NCBI GenBank assembly: GCA_049294435.1
Contig: JBAQCU010000020.1
Coordinates: 79,110 to 125,310 of the forward strand
Direction of reading: 5' to 3'
Source: Minisyncoccia bacterium
GTDB lineage: Bacteria > Patescibacteriota > Minisyncoccia > Phycocordibacterales > UBA1550
DNA length: 46,201 bases
Below are positions 13,727-23,080 of the stretch, one piece after another. How positions within the stretch are numbered: position 1 is the first letter of the stretch; every line of letters starts with the position of its first letter. Below the pieces are notes generated by a model that had not been told where the DNA came from, did not search any database, and saw only the letters and a program-made list of their open reading frames with translations. Position numbers and translations under genes: made by a program.

Positions 13727-16700
13727 ATGAGCGAACCTAAATTTATACATTTACATACCCACTCCCACTATTCCCTCCTGGACGGGCTCTCAAAAGTGGG
13801 CGATATGGTGAAGCTTGCGAAGCATCACGGGATGAACGCCATAGGACTCACCGACCACGGCAATATGTACGGCGCGATTGAGTTTTACAAAACATGTAAG
13901 TCAAACGGCATCAAACCTATCATTGGTGTGGAGGCGTACATCACTCCTGGTTCACGACACGACAAACGCCCAGGGATTGACACCACTCGCTATCACCTCA
14001 CCCTACTCGCAAAAAATGCAACTGGCTACAAAAATCTAGTGCGACTCGTTACGCTTTCACAACTGGAAGGCTACTACTACAAGCCTAGAATGGACAAGGA
14101 GATTTTGCGAAAACACAGCGATGGTATTATTTGTCTTTCGGGATGTTTCGGCAGTGAGATCTCTCGCGCATTTCGCAATCGCGATAGAGATGAAGCAGAG
14201 CGTGTCGCTCTTGAACATCAGGAAATTTTTGGCAAAGAAAATTATTTTTTGGAAATTATGCACCACCCAGGGGTTCCTGGTATTGAGGAGGTTCGCAATG
14301 GGATAATCGCTCTTGGAAAAAAACTTTCAATCCCGCTTGTTGCAACACAAGACTCACACTACTTAAGGAGTGACGACCAGCGCGCGCACGAAACACTTCT
14401 TGCCATTCAGACCAACGGCGACCTCAATGATGAAAACCGCTTCTCAATGGCGTCTGATGATTTTTCATTTATTGACACCGAAAGAGCTCTTGGTTATTTT
14501 GCGAGTACCCCCGAAGCTGTGTGGAATACGCAAAAAATTGCTGATATGTGTGATATTAAGCTCAAGCTCGGCTCTTGGGTTTTTCCAGATTTTAAAATCC
14601 CTGAAGGCACTACTTACGACAAAGAACTTCGTCGTCTTGCGTATGAAGGTATCCTTGTACGCGGACTTTCTCCAGACGACAAGGGTGTTACAGACAGACT
14701 TGAGTACGAGCTCAAAGTTATTTGCGACAAAGGTTACGCGCCATACTTTCTTGTTGTTGCAGACCTGCTTCGCTTCGCAAATGAAAATGGCATCCTCACT
14801 ACCGTGCGTGGCTCAGTCGCGGGCTCTATTACAACGTACTTGCTAAAAATCACGCACGTAAATCCGCTGGAATACAAACTCCCATTTGAACGTTTCCTAA
14901 ACCCAGAGCGTCCTTCCGCACCCGATATAGATATGGACTATGCCGATAACCGTCGTGACGAGGTTATCAACTACGCCCGTGAAAAATACGGCGCAGACCA
15001 TGTGGCGCAAATTGGTACATTTGGAACAATGATGGCGCGTGGCGCAGTGCGTGACGTCGCGCGCGCTCTTGGGCACCCTTATGTTATTGGTGACAAGATT
15101 TCTCGCCTTATACCAGAAGGATCACAGGGCTTCCCGATGACTATAGATACAGCGCTCAAGATGATTCCAGAGCTTGCTGATTTATATAAAAATGATGCGA
15201 CTACAACAGAGATTATTGATCTCGCAAAAAAATTAGAGGGTTGCGTAAGGCACATTTCGGTACACGCTGCTGGTGTTGTGATTTCTCCTGTCCCTCTTAT
15301 TGATTTCGTACCAACACAGCTTGACCCTAAAGGTGGAAAAATTATTACTCAATATGATATGCACGCTGTTGAAGACGCTGGGCTTTTGAAATTTGACTTT
15401 CTGGGTATTAGGAACCTTTCTATTCTTGGTGATGCGATACGTTTAGTAAAGGAGCGTCACGGTGTCGCAATTGATATTGAAAATATTCCCCTCGATGACC
15501 TTCTCACATTTGCTATGCTCGCGCGCGGAGAAACGATGGGACTTTTTCAACTAAACGGTTCTGGAATGACGCGATATTTAAAAGAGTTACAGCCATCTAC
15601 TATTCACGACATCAACGCGATGGTAGCACTATATCGTCCAGGTCCAATGGAAATGATTCCAGAATACATTAAACGAAAGCACAATCCATCGCTCGTATCG
15701 TATCTTGATCCTCGCATGAAAGAAATCCTCGCTATGTCGTATGGTGTGATCACATACCAAGATGACGTGATGATGATTGCTATTAAACTCGCGGGTTATT
15801 CGTGGCTAGATGCTGACAAGCTCCGCAAAGCGATGGGAAAAAAAATCCCAGCAGAGATGCAGTCTCAGAAGGAGAAACTCCTTAAGGGTTTCGTAGATGG
15901 TGGACTTACAGAAAAAAAAGCGCAGGAGCTCTGGCTTCTCATTGAGCCTTTTGCCGCGTACGGATTCAACAAAGCGCACGCCGCGAGCTACGGTCGCCTC
16001 GCGTATCAGACAGCGTATATGAAGGCAAACTACCCTATTGAATATATGACAGCGATTCTCACAGCGGAGTCCGGCGACACAGAAAAAATTGCCGAGATTA
16101 TTACCGAGTGCAAGAGAATGAAGCTTCCTGTGCTTCCTCCTGATATAAACGCGAGCTATGGAGGGTTTACAGTGGTTGAGAGTAATGGTAACCAAGAGAT
16201 CAGATTCGGGCTCTACACCATCAAAAATCTCGGCACAGATATTTCTGACGCGATTATTGCGGAGCGTGGAGGAAAATTTGCATTCACTTCCTTCAGTGAT
16301 TTTCTTGAGCGTATTCGTCATAAAAATTTAAATAAGAAATCATTGGAATCGCTTATCAAAGCTGGCGCAATGGATGCATTTGGCGAACGTGGAACAATGC
16401 TCGCAAATATGGAGGAGGCGCTTGAGTACAATAAGGCTCAAGGCAAAGAGATGAGTGGGCAGGAGTCGCTGTTTGGAATTATGTCTGATCAGTCTAGTGT
16501 GCCGGTGCTAAGACTGAAGCCATCAGACCCAGTGGCAAAGCGTGATCGTCTCATTTGGGAAAAGGAGCTACTAGGTTTGTATGTATCAGGACATCCTCTT
16601 GATGACCACAGAGCAAAACTTGATAGCATAGGCACAACAATAGAAAGTGTAAAAACTCTTCGTGATGGAATGCCTGCTGTAGCGGGTGGCATTGTTGAAC

Positions 16701-16915
16701 ACATACACTCAATTATTACTAAAAAAGGAGACAAAATGGCATTCGTAAAATTAACCGATATGACAGGCACGCTTGAGCTCGTTATTTTTCCCGAGGCGCT
16801 CTTCACCCACAAAGAATTCTTTGAAACTCCCGACAGGTGCATCAAAGTAAAAGGAAAAATCTCTGAGCGTAACGGCGAAAAAACGCTGATTGTGGAGAGG
16901 GTGAAGGAGTTGTAA
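13727..16915 (+). CDS. dnaE: DNA polymerase III alpha subunit
   Basis: 1062 aa with an N-terminal PHP domain (FIHLHTHSHYSLLDG), the polymerase core and a C-terminal OB fold. Confidence 0.97.
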   Translation: MSEPKFIHLHTHSHYSLLDGLSKVGDMVKLAKHHGMNAIGLTDHGNMYGAIEFYKTCKSNGIKPIIGVEAYITPGSRHDKRPGIDTTRYHLTLLAKNATGYKNLVRLVTLSQLEGYYYKPRMDKEILRKHSDGIICLSGCFGSEISRAFRNRDRDEAERVALEHQEIFGKENYFLEIMHHPGVPGIEEVRNGIIALGKKLSIPLVATQDSHYLRSDDQRAHETLLAIQTNGDLNDENRFSMASDDFSFIDTERALGYFASTPEAVWNTQKIADMCDIKLKLGSWVFPDFKIPEGTTYDKELRRLAYEGILVRGLSPDDKGVTDRLEYELKVICDKGYAPYFLVVADLLRFANENGILTTVRGSVAGSITTYLLKITHVNPLEYKLPFERFLNPERPSAPDIDMDYADNRRDEVINYAREKYGADHVAQIGTFGTMMARGAVRDVARALGHPYVIGDKISRLIPEGSQGFPMTIDTALKMIPELADLYKNDATTTEIIDLAKKLEGCVRHISVHAAGVVISPVPLIDFVPTQLDPKGGKIITQYDMHAVEDAGLLKFDFLGIRNLSILGDAIRLVKERHGVAIDIENIPLDDLLTFAMLARGETMGLFQLNGSGMTRYLKELQPSTIHDINAMVALYRPGPMEMIPEYIKRKHNPSLVSYLDPRMKEILAMSYGVITYQDDVMMIAIKLAGYSWLDADKLRKAMGKKIPAEMQSQKEKLLKGFVDGGLTEKKAQELWLLIEPFAAYGFNKAHAASYGRLAYQTAYMKANYPIEYMTAILTAESGDTEKIAEIITECKRMKLPVLPPDINASYGGFTVVESNGNQEIRFGLYTIKNLGTDISDAIIAERGGKFAFTSFSDFLERIRHKNLNKKSLESLIKAGAMDAFGERGTMLANMEEALEYNKAQGKEMSGQESLFGIMSDQSSVPVLRLKPSDPVAKRDRLIWEKELLGLYVSGHPLDDHRAKLDSIGTTIESVKTLRDGMPAVAGGIVEHIHSIITKKGDKMAFVKLTDMTGTLELVIFPEALFTHKEFFETPDRCIKVKGKISERNGEKTLIVERVKEL

Positions 16916-16919
16916 TTTT

Positions 16920-16969
16920 CCCAACTGTCATATAAGAGATGCTGTAGCATCTCTTATATGACAGTTGGG
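16920..16969 (+). terminator. 23 bp perfect hairpin at the dnaE 3' end (no U-run)
   Basis: cccaactgtcatataagagatgc tgta gcatctcttatatgacagttggg, starting 5 nt after the dnaE stop. Confidence 0.5.
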
Positions 16970-16973
16970 GAAT

Positions 16974-17005
16974 AAAAAAACCGGTCGCCCTTTCGGAACG
17001 ACCAG
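16974..17005 (-). terminator. Intrinsic terminator of the 17020-17343 gene
   Basis: Minus strand reads ctggtcg ttccgaaagggc gaccgg ttttttt. Confidence 0.65.
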
Positions 17006-17019
17006 CTTTGACAATTAAT

Positions 17020-17343
17020 CTACACTTTATTTTTTACATATGCTTCCCCAGCGTGGAACCCCATTCGAAAAATTTCTTCGAGAATGTTAATAATTGCGGG
17101 GTCTTCTGGCAACAAAGAATCCAATGCCTTAATAGCATTTATACCAGCTATAGCTAGTGTATCAGTACCAACATCCAAATGTCCAGCAAAGGCAATGTCT
17201 TTTGACTCTACTGAGTGACAGGCCCACATGTCACTTTTCAAATCCTCCAGATCATTCCAAAAAGAAAAATCTACAATAAGGTGTCGATGAACTGATCCAC
17301 CATCATTAGGTAAATATGCTGCAACAATTGCTGGTTTTTCCAT
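17020..17343 (-). CDS. Hypothetical protein
   Basis: 107 aa ORF bounded by a terminator. No recognisable family. Confidence 0.55.
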   Translation of the reverse strand: MEKPAIVAAYLPNDGGSVHRHLIVDFSFWNDLEDLKSDMWACHSVESKDIAFAGHLDVGTDTLAIAGINAIKALDSLLPEDPAIINILEEIFRMGFHAGEAYVKNKV

Positions 17344-17449
17344 CTTGAACCCTCCTTTGTTTGTGTTAAAAAATAACCACTTCCATACCGCGTGGAATCT
17401 CTAATATTATAGCAGGTTTGATTTAAAAAGTCAATACCTTAAAAACCCT

Positions 17450-17476
17450 TTGAAAATGAGCGGAAAATGGTAGAAT
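17450..17476 (+). promoter_or_regulatory. Extended -10 promoter for thrS
   Basis: TTGAAA, 15 nt spacer, TGgTAGAAT (17468-17476). Only 8 nt separate it from the ATG. Confidence 0.5.
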
Positions 17477-17484
17477 AGGACGAT

Positions 17485-19254
17485 ATGAAAAACGAAGCCG
17501 AGGACACCAATCTCCATAATATCCGCCACTCCCTTGCGCACTTGCTCGCTATTGCGGTGCTTGAAAAGGACCCGAACGCAAAGCTCGGTATCGGGCCGGT
17601 AATTGAAAACGGTTTTTACTATGACTTTGAATTTTCAAACGGCTACACCCCTACCCCCGAGGACCTGAAGGGTTTTGAAAAGGCGATGCGTAAAATGGTG
17701 AACAAAGGTCTTCCTTTTGAAGGGCGCGCCGTATCGGTGGATGAAGCAAAAAAGATGTTTGAGGGACAGCCATACAAAGCGGAGCTCATAAATGAATTTG
17801 CTGATGAAGGAAAAGATTTAACACTCTATAAGACTGGCGACTTCACTGACCTCTGCAAAGGCGGGCACGTAGAAAATACAAAAGAAATCCCTGCGGATGC
17901 ATTTACCATCACGCACACTGCAGGCGCATACTGGCGTGGAAGCGAAAAAAATCCGATGCTCACCCGCATCTACGGTCTCGCATTTGAAAGTGGCGAGGCT
18001 CTTGATGCGTACAAACTTCAAATTGAGGAAGCAAAAAAGCGCGACCACCGAAAGCTCGGCAAGGAGCTTGGACTTTTTACATTTTCTGAGCTAGTAGGTC
18101 CTGGTCTTCCTCTCTGGACACCAAAAGGCACAATGATTCGAGAGCTCCTGAACGACTATGTGTGGGAGCTCCGCAAAGCGCGCGGTTTTCAAAAAGTAAC
18201 CATTCCTCACATCACAAAAAAAGATCTTTACGAGACGTCGGGACACTGGAAGAAATTTGCTGATGAACTTTTTAAGATTACCACGCGCGAAGGGCACGAG
18301 TATGCAATGAAGCCCATGAATTGCCCCCACCATACGCAGATTTTTGCATGCGAACAACGAAGCTACCGAAACATGCCACAGCGCTACTGCGAGACAACCA
18401 TGGTGTACCGCGACGAACAGTCCGGTGAACTATCGGGACTTTCTCGCGTACTCTCAATCACTCAGGACGATGCACACGTATTTTGTCGCGAAACACAGAT
18501 AGAACAGGAGATTTTTGCTATCTGGGATATCATTGATACTTTCTATAAAACGTTTGGCTTTGAAAATATGCAGGTACGGTTCTCACGTCACGACCCTGAA
18601 ACTTTTGAGAAATATCTTGGTACAAAGGAGGTTTGGGATAAGGCTGAATCAGCAATTGATGGCCTTCTAAAAAAACGCGGTATTGAAAACTATATCGACG
18701 GAAAAGGAGAAGCCGCAATGTATGGCCCGAAGATTGATTTCATTACGAAAGACTCTATCGGTCGCACACTTCAGGTTGCAACTATTCAGCTCGACTTCAA
18801 CCAACCAGCTAGTTTTGATCTTGTGTGTATGAACGAGAAGGGAGAAAAAGAGCAGGTGGTGATGGTTCACTGCGCAATCATGGGTTCTATCGAACGCTTT
18901 ATGTCTACGCTTATAGAACATACTGCTGGTGCCTTCCCACTGTGGCTTTCACCAGTGCAGGTAAAAATTCTTCCTATTAGCGAAAAGTTCGTGGACTATG
19001 CTGAGAAAGTTCGGGGGGAGCTTGTGGGCGCTGGTATCCGTGTAGAGCTTGATGATTCCAATGAATCACTTGGTAAGCGTATACGAGTGGCAAAAACAGA
19101 AAAAGTTCCGTACATTCTTGTCCTCGGCGAAAAAGAGGCTGAAGAGGGTACTGTAACTGCAGAGCGTCGCGATGGCGGACATTTAGACGCTTTACCTATT
19201 GCTGAATTTTTGGCAATCGCGAAACGCGAGATTGATACAAAAGAAATCTGGTAA
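17485..19254 (+). CDS. thrS: Threonyl-tRNA synthetase (no N-terminal TGS domain)
   Basis: 589 aa. Starts directly in the editing domain (RHSLAHLLA, DLCKGGHV), followed by the class II core and an anticodon-binding domain. Confidence 0.97.
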   Translation: MKNEAEDTNLHNIRHSLAHLLAIAVLEKDPNAKLGIGPVIENGFYYDFEFSNGYTPTPEDLKGFEKAMRKMVNKGLPFEGRAVSVDEAKKMFEGQPYKAELINEFADEGKDLTLYKTGDFTDLCKGGHVENTKEIPADAFTITHTAGAYWRGSEKNPMLTRIYGLAFESGEALDAYKLQIEEAKKRDHRKLGKELGLFTFSELVGPGLPLWTPKGTMIRELLNDYVWELRKARGFQKVTIPHITKKDLYETSGHWKKFADELFKITTREGHEYAMKPMNCPHHTQIFACEQRSYRNMPQRYCETTMVYRDEQSGELSGLSRVLSITQDDAHVFCRETQIEQEIFAIWDIIDTFYKTFGFENMQVRFSRHDPETFEKYLGTKEVWDKAESAIDGLLKKRGIENYIDGKGEAAMYGPKIDFITKDSIGRTLQVATIQLDFNQPASFDLVCMNEKGEKEQVVMVHCAIMGSIERFMSTLIEHTAGAFPLWLSPVQVKILPISEKFVDYAEKVRGELVGAGIRVELDDSNESLGKRIRVAKTEKVPYILVLGEKEAEEGTVTAERRDGGHLDALPIAEFLAIAKREIDTKEIW

Positions 19255-19255
19255 A

Positions 19256-19296
19256 GAAAAAAGAGCGACATCATAGAATGTCGCTCTTTTTTCTTT
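19256..19296. terminator. Bidirectional intrinsic terminator
   Basis: aaaaaagagcgaca tcatagaa tgtcgctctttttt. Confidence 0.8.
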
Positions 19297-19300
19297 TACT

Positions 19301-19540
19301 TTACTTCTTGCACATACCACAATTCGCTCCCTCACATTTATGAGAGTCTCCCTTGCCGCACGAGTTACACTTTCCACCAATAGCGCAAACCATTGAATGG
19401 TTCACGTATTTTAATGAAAGACCTATTACGATGAGAAGGACTGGCCAAATAATGCTCCAGTCAACGATGCGGATAATCCCAAGACCTTTCAAAAAAGCTA
19501 CAACACCAACCCATACCAATACAATACCTGCTATTTTCAT
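19301..19540 (-). CDS. Small membrane protein with a Cys-rich C-terminal tail
   Basis: 79 aa with two TM helices, then CAIGGKCNSCGKGDSHKCEGANCGMCKK (6 Cys). Confidence 0.6.
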   Translation of the reverse strand: MKIAGIVLVWVGVVAFLKGLGIIRIVDWSIIWPVLLIVIGLSLKYVNHSMVCAIGGKCNSCGKGDSHKCEGANCGMCKK

Positions 19541-19588
19541 ATTTAAAAAAATTAATTACTAATGACTTGATTGTATCACCCGTGACAG

Positions 19589-19720
19589 TTATTTTGCAAT
19601 ACTGACAGCAACATCATTTACAGGCGCCTCTGGCGCAACTGCTGACTTTTTCCCAAAGAAAAAACCAATCCAGATTGCGAGAGCGATTGCAATAATAGCT
19701 AGAATGTATTTTTTAATCAT
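19589..19720 (-). CDS. Possible 43-aa membrane peptide
   Basis: Below the ORF-track cutoff. Own translation: MIKKYILAIIAIALAIWIGFFFGKKSAVAPEAPVNDVAVSIAK. Confidence 0.35.
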   Translation of the reverse strand: MIKKYILAIIAIALAIWIGFFFGKKSAVAPEAPVNDVAVSIAK

Positions 19721-19940
19721 GTATCCAGTATATGATTATAAGTCAAAAATGACAACAATGGCTAATATCAGTAGTTTCCCCCGTATTTGCATTCCAACCT
19801 CAGAGCGAGCTAAATTGGTTTTTAGGGGGTTTTGAGCGCGACGGCGCGAAAACTTCAGACTTTTTTAAGCTTCAAAAAAGTCATACCTGACTTAGCAAAG
19901 TCATCCTGGGGGCATAGAAAAAGAATTTAGCGAGCGGTCT

Positions 19941-22013
19941 TTACGCATCAATATTTGCCATCTTTGCGTTAGACTGAATAAAAGACTTGCGCGCTGAAAC
20001 GTCTTCACCCATTAAAACATCAAATGTCTTGTCTGCATCTACGGCGTCATCAATGGTAACTTGTTTCAAAATACGAGACTTTGGATCCATCGTTGTTTCC
20101 CACAGCTCCTCTGGGTTCATTTCTCCGAGACCTTTGTATCTCTGTAGAGAAATCTTCGGAGTTTTCTTTTTTCCGCCTGTTTCTATTTCCTCCTCTCCTT
20201 CCGCGTCAGTCCGCGTCTCGTCCGCATCGTTCTGCGTCTCTCCTTCATCTACGACTTCGAGTAAACTTACATCCTTTCCAAGGAACGCAATTTTCTCTTC
20301 TTCGCTGTATGCATAGCTAATTTCTTTTCCACGCTTAATCTTATAAAGTGGCGGTTGAGCGATATAGATGTATCCCCCTTCAATGACCTGTTTAAAGTAT
20401 CGGTAAAAAAGAGTAAGTAGAAGAGCGCGAATATGAGCGCCGTCAACGTCTGCATCTGTTGCTATGATAATTTTATGATAGCGAAGTTTCGACATATCAA
20501 ACACGTCGCCAATACCAACACCGAGAGCAATAACGAGCGATTTGATTTCGTTTGACTCAAGCATACGGTCCAAACGCGCGCGCTCTACGTTCAAAATCTT
20601 ACCCTTTAGTGGCAGAATCGCTTGCGTCTTTCTATCACGCCCTTGCTTTGATGAACCGCCTGCAGAATCTCCCTCTACGATAAATAGCTCCGAGTCCTCT
20701 GCCTTGTTGGTCGTGCAGTCTGCGAGCTTGCCCGGGAGAGTGAGCCCCTCGAGCGCGCCTTTGCGGAGCACGCTGTCCTTTGCGGCTTTTGCGGCCTTGC
20801 GCGCGCGTAAAGCGAGGATTACCTTATTTACAATTGCACGGCCATCGTCTGGGTTCTCTTCGAGGAACATTCCGAGTGCCTCACCAAAAACCTTTTCAAC
20901 AGCGCCACGCGCTTCCACAGAGCCAAGTTTCCCTTTTGTTTGCCCTTCAAATTGGATCTCACGCATCTTTACAGAGATAGCGCATGTTAGGCCCTCGCGC
21001 ACATCGTCAGCTGTAAAATTTTCATCAGCCTCCTTGAGAAAATTATTTTTTCTCGCGTAATCATTGATCCGACGCGTGAGCGCAGTACGAAAACCAGTGA
21101 CGTGAGTACCGCCTTCTTGATTGTAAATGTTGTTTGCAAATGCGAGCTCGCGAGATGAGATGTCGTCAATATACTGAAAAGCAACTTCTACCATCACACT
21201 ATCCATTTCTTTTTCAACATAACAAATATTTTTGTGTACGGGTTTTTGATGCTGGTTGTAAAAACGCACAAGCGACACAAGACCTCCATCAAAGTAGAAT
21301 GACATTGAAGGAACTTCAAGCTGGAAGTCCGCAAGGAACACCTCGTTATCCAGCTTCAATTTGTCTTCTGATTTTCTTGCATCTATGATGACAATCTGAA
21401 GGCCCTTTACGAGATACGCTTGCTGACGAAGATGGTTAATAATTTGATTCCAGTTCCAACCCATCTCCTTAAAGATAAGTTCGTCCGGTTCAAATGTAAC
21501 AATAGTGCCATGAAATTTCGTGGTGCCAACTTTTTTCACCGCGGACTTTCTTTTGCCACGCTCGTACTCCTGCATATGAATTGCGCCGTCGCGATGTACC
21601 TCTACTTTTGTAAATACAGAGAGCGCATTTACCACTGACGCGCCGACACCATGGAGTCCTCCAGAAACTTTATAGCTCGTTCCTTCAAACTTTCCTCCCG
21701 CGTGGAGTGTCGTCATAATTGTTTCAAGAGCTGAAACTTTTGTTTTGGAGTGAATGTCTGTTGGAATACCGCGACCGTTGTCCACCACACGCACACGGTT
21801 GCCTGGGAGAAGCGCTACCTCAATATAATCGGCAAAACCACCCATCGCCTCATCGCGCGAGTTGTCAAAAATCTCCCAAATGAGGTGGTGAAGCCCCTCC
21901 GGCCCCGTGGAGCCAATATACATACCCGGACGCTTACGCACAGGCTCAAGCCCTTCAAGGACGACGATATCCTCTGCTCCGTATCCTTCGGTTTTTTCGT
22001 CTTTTTTTGCCAT
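19941..22013 (-). CDS. gyrB: DNA gyrase subunit B
   Basis: 690 aa with GHKL ATPase (GLHHLIWEIFDNSRDE), Toprim (EGDSAGG) and QRYKGLGEM. An acidic insertion (EGETQNDADETRTDAEGEEE) precedes the last motif. Confidence 0.98.
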   Translation of the reverse strand: MAKKDEKTEGYGAEDIVVLEGLEPVRKRPGMYIGSTGPEGLHHLIWEIFDNSRDEAMGGFADYIEVALLPGNRVRVVDNGRGIPTDIHSKTKVSALETIMTTLHAGGKFEGTSYKVSGGLHGVGASVVNALSVFTKVEVHRDGAIHMQEYERGKRKSAVKKVGTTKFHGTIVTFEPDELIFKEMGWNWNQIINHLRQQAYLVKGLQIVIIDARKSEDKLKLDNEVFLADFQLEVPSMSFYFDGGLVSLVRFYNQHQKPVHKNICYVEKEMDSVMVEVAFQYIDDISSRELAFANNIYNQEGGTHVTGFRTALTRRINDYARKNNFLKEADENFTADDVREGLTCAISVKMREIQFEGQTKGKLGSVEARGAVEKVFGEALGMFLEENPDDGRAIVNKVILALRARKAAKAAKDSVLRKGALEGLTLPGKLADCTTNKAEDSELFIVEGDSAGGSSKQGRDRKTQAILPLKGKILNVERARLDRMLESNEIKSLVIALGVGIGDVFDMSKLRYHKIIIATDADVDGAHIRALLLTLFYRYFKQVIEGGYIYIAQPPLYKIKRGKEISYAYSEEEKIAFLGKDVSLLEVVDEGETQNDADETRTDAEGEEEIETGGKKKTPKISLQRYKGLGEMNPEELWETTMDPKSRILKQVTIDDAVDADKTFDVLMGEDVSARKSFIQSNAKMANIDA

Positions 22014-22045
22014 AAAAATAAAAAGCTAGCGCTTTTTGTACGTCC

Positions 22046-22075
22046 ATTATACCAAGACTTCCCTCTTTTTGCTAA
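22046..22075 (-). promoter_or_regulatory. Extended -10 promoter for gyrB
   Basis: Minus strand reads TTAGCA, 18 nt spacer, TGgTATAAT. The leader of about 25-30 nt contains the hairpin aaaaagcgctagcttttt. Confidence 0.55.
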
Positions 22076-22086
22076 CGCTTAAATGC

Positions 22087-22115
22087 TTGACTTTAGATAG
22101 TAATCGTGCTATATT
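22087..22115 (+). promoter_or_regulatory. Sigma-70 type promoter for the 22163 ORF
   Basis: TTGACT (22087-22092), 17 nt spacer, TATATT (22110-22115). Confidence 0.55.
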
Positions 22116-22162
22116 TTTAATCGTAAGTCAATGGTGGCTTACAAATACAAAGGAGAGTTAAA

Positions 22163-22390
22163 ATGTCAATAAGAATAGTTCTTACCGAAGCAGAAATGGG
22201 CGAAATCGCACTCAAATATGTTCAACGGAGAATACTGAGTGAGTCAGTGCCAATGAACACCGACAAGATTCGCAGAGAAATTGGCAATACTGCGAAAGAG
22301 CTTGGCCTCTCACCTGAAAAGGCAATACAGTTTGTTCTACAAATACTGAGTCCTGCTTTTGAAAAGGTACTTATGGACCTCGGTAAATAA
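22163..22390 (+). CDS. Small hypothetical protein (75 aa)
   Basis: Has its own promoter and a good SD (AAAGGAGAGTTAAA). No family recognised. Confidence 0.55.
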   Translation: MSIRIVLTEAEMGEIALKYVQRRILSESVPMNTDKIRREIGNTAKELGLSPEKAIQFVLQILSPAFEKVLMDLGK

Positions 22391-22502
22391 TAATGTACCG
22401 TAAGGCGGTAAGGTAAAGTCTCAAGACTTTCTAAAAGGGTAATTCTGGCTCCTGTGCGAAAGTACAGCAAGCGGAGAACAAGAACCTCTCCTCCCGCAAT
22501 TC

Positions 22503-22535
22503 AGAGACACAGGCAACTGTGTCTCTTTTTATTTT
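22503..22535 (+). terminator. Intrinsic terminator
   Basis: agagacacag gcaa ctgtgtctct ttttatttt. Confidence 0.75.
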
Positions 22536-23066
22536 CTAGAATACCGCCATCCTGCGCCATTTTGAGCGGAAAATATCCATCGGCACAAAGAGGTTTTCGC
22601 CGTCACCTTTTTGTGTCGTATCGGAGTCGTGGTAATAAAATCCAATCGCCACGCCGTCCTTTTCTTCAAACCCTGTGAGCACAACCATATGAAATTTATC
22701 TGCCTCTTGAAACTTCTTAATTGCGGACACAATCACTGCGCGACCAGCGCGTAATTCTGAAATTAGGAAATTAATTCCCTCTTCATTTAATTCATCGTGG
22801 GTTTTTGATTCAGATTTTCGCCATTCATTTCTAGAAAGTTTTACTCCGTATTGTCGCGCAAGAGCAACAAGCCCGTCGTGCTTCCACCCGTACTCACCGT
22901 GCGCACCTATCGCGCATCCTTGCGCTATCATTTCATCCAGAGTTGGCGTTTCTTCTCCTAGCGCTTCAAGGAGCATTTTCAAACATGCTACTCCACACGC
23001 GCGCGGTTGCCACAACTCGTCTGTAACATCTAAATATTGAGAGTAATATGGAACGTTGATTTTCAT
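22536..23066 (-). CDS. Papain-like cysteine peptidase, C39-like family
   Basis: MKINVPYYSQ...RACGVACLKMLL (catalytic Cys context) and a downstream His. I prefer the ATG at 23066 over the GTG at 23096, which lies inside a hairpin. Confidence 0.65.
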   Translation of the reverse strand: MKINVPYYSQYLDVTDELWQPRACGVACLKMLLEALGEETPTLDEMIAQGCAIGAHGEYGWKHDGLVALARQYGVKLSRNEWRKSESKTHDELNEEGINFLISELRAGRAVIVSAIKKFQEADKFHMVVLTGFEEKDGVAIGFYYHDSDTTQKGDGENLFVPMDIFRSKWRRMAVF

Positions 23067-23080
23067 ATATTTTATCTTAT

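Noticed and set aside
17344-17484. T-box or other riboswitch leaders upstream of thrS and pheS
   Set aside because: The predicted promoters lie only 8-10 nt from the start codons. This leaves no room for a 200-300 nt T-box leader, and I found no specifier or T-box motif.
22391-22502. SRP (4.5S) RNA, suggested by a GNRA-capped hairpin
   Set aside because: The conserved domain IV loops flanking the tetraloop helix (the AGGUCAGG / GGAAGCAGC-type context) are not present. I kept it only as an unassigned structured tail.
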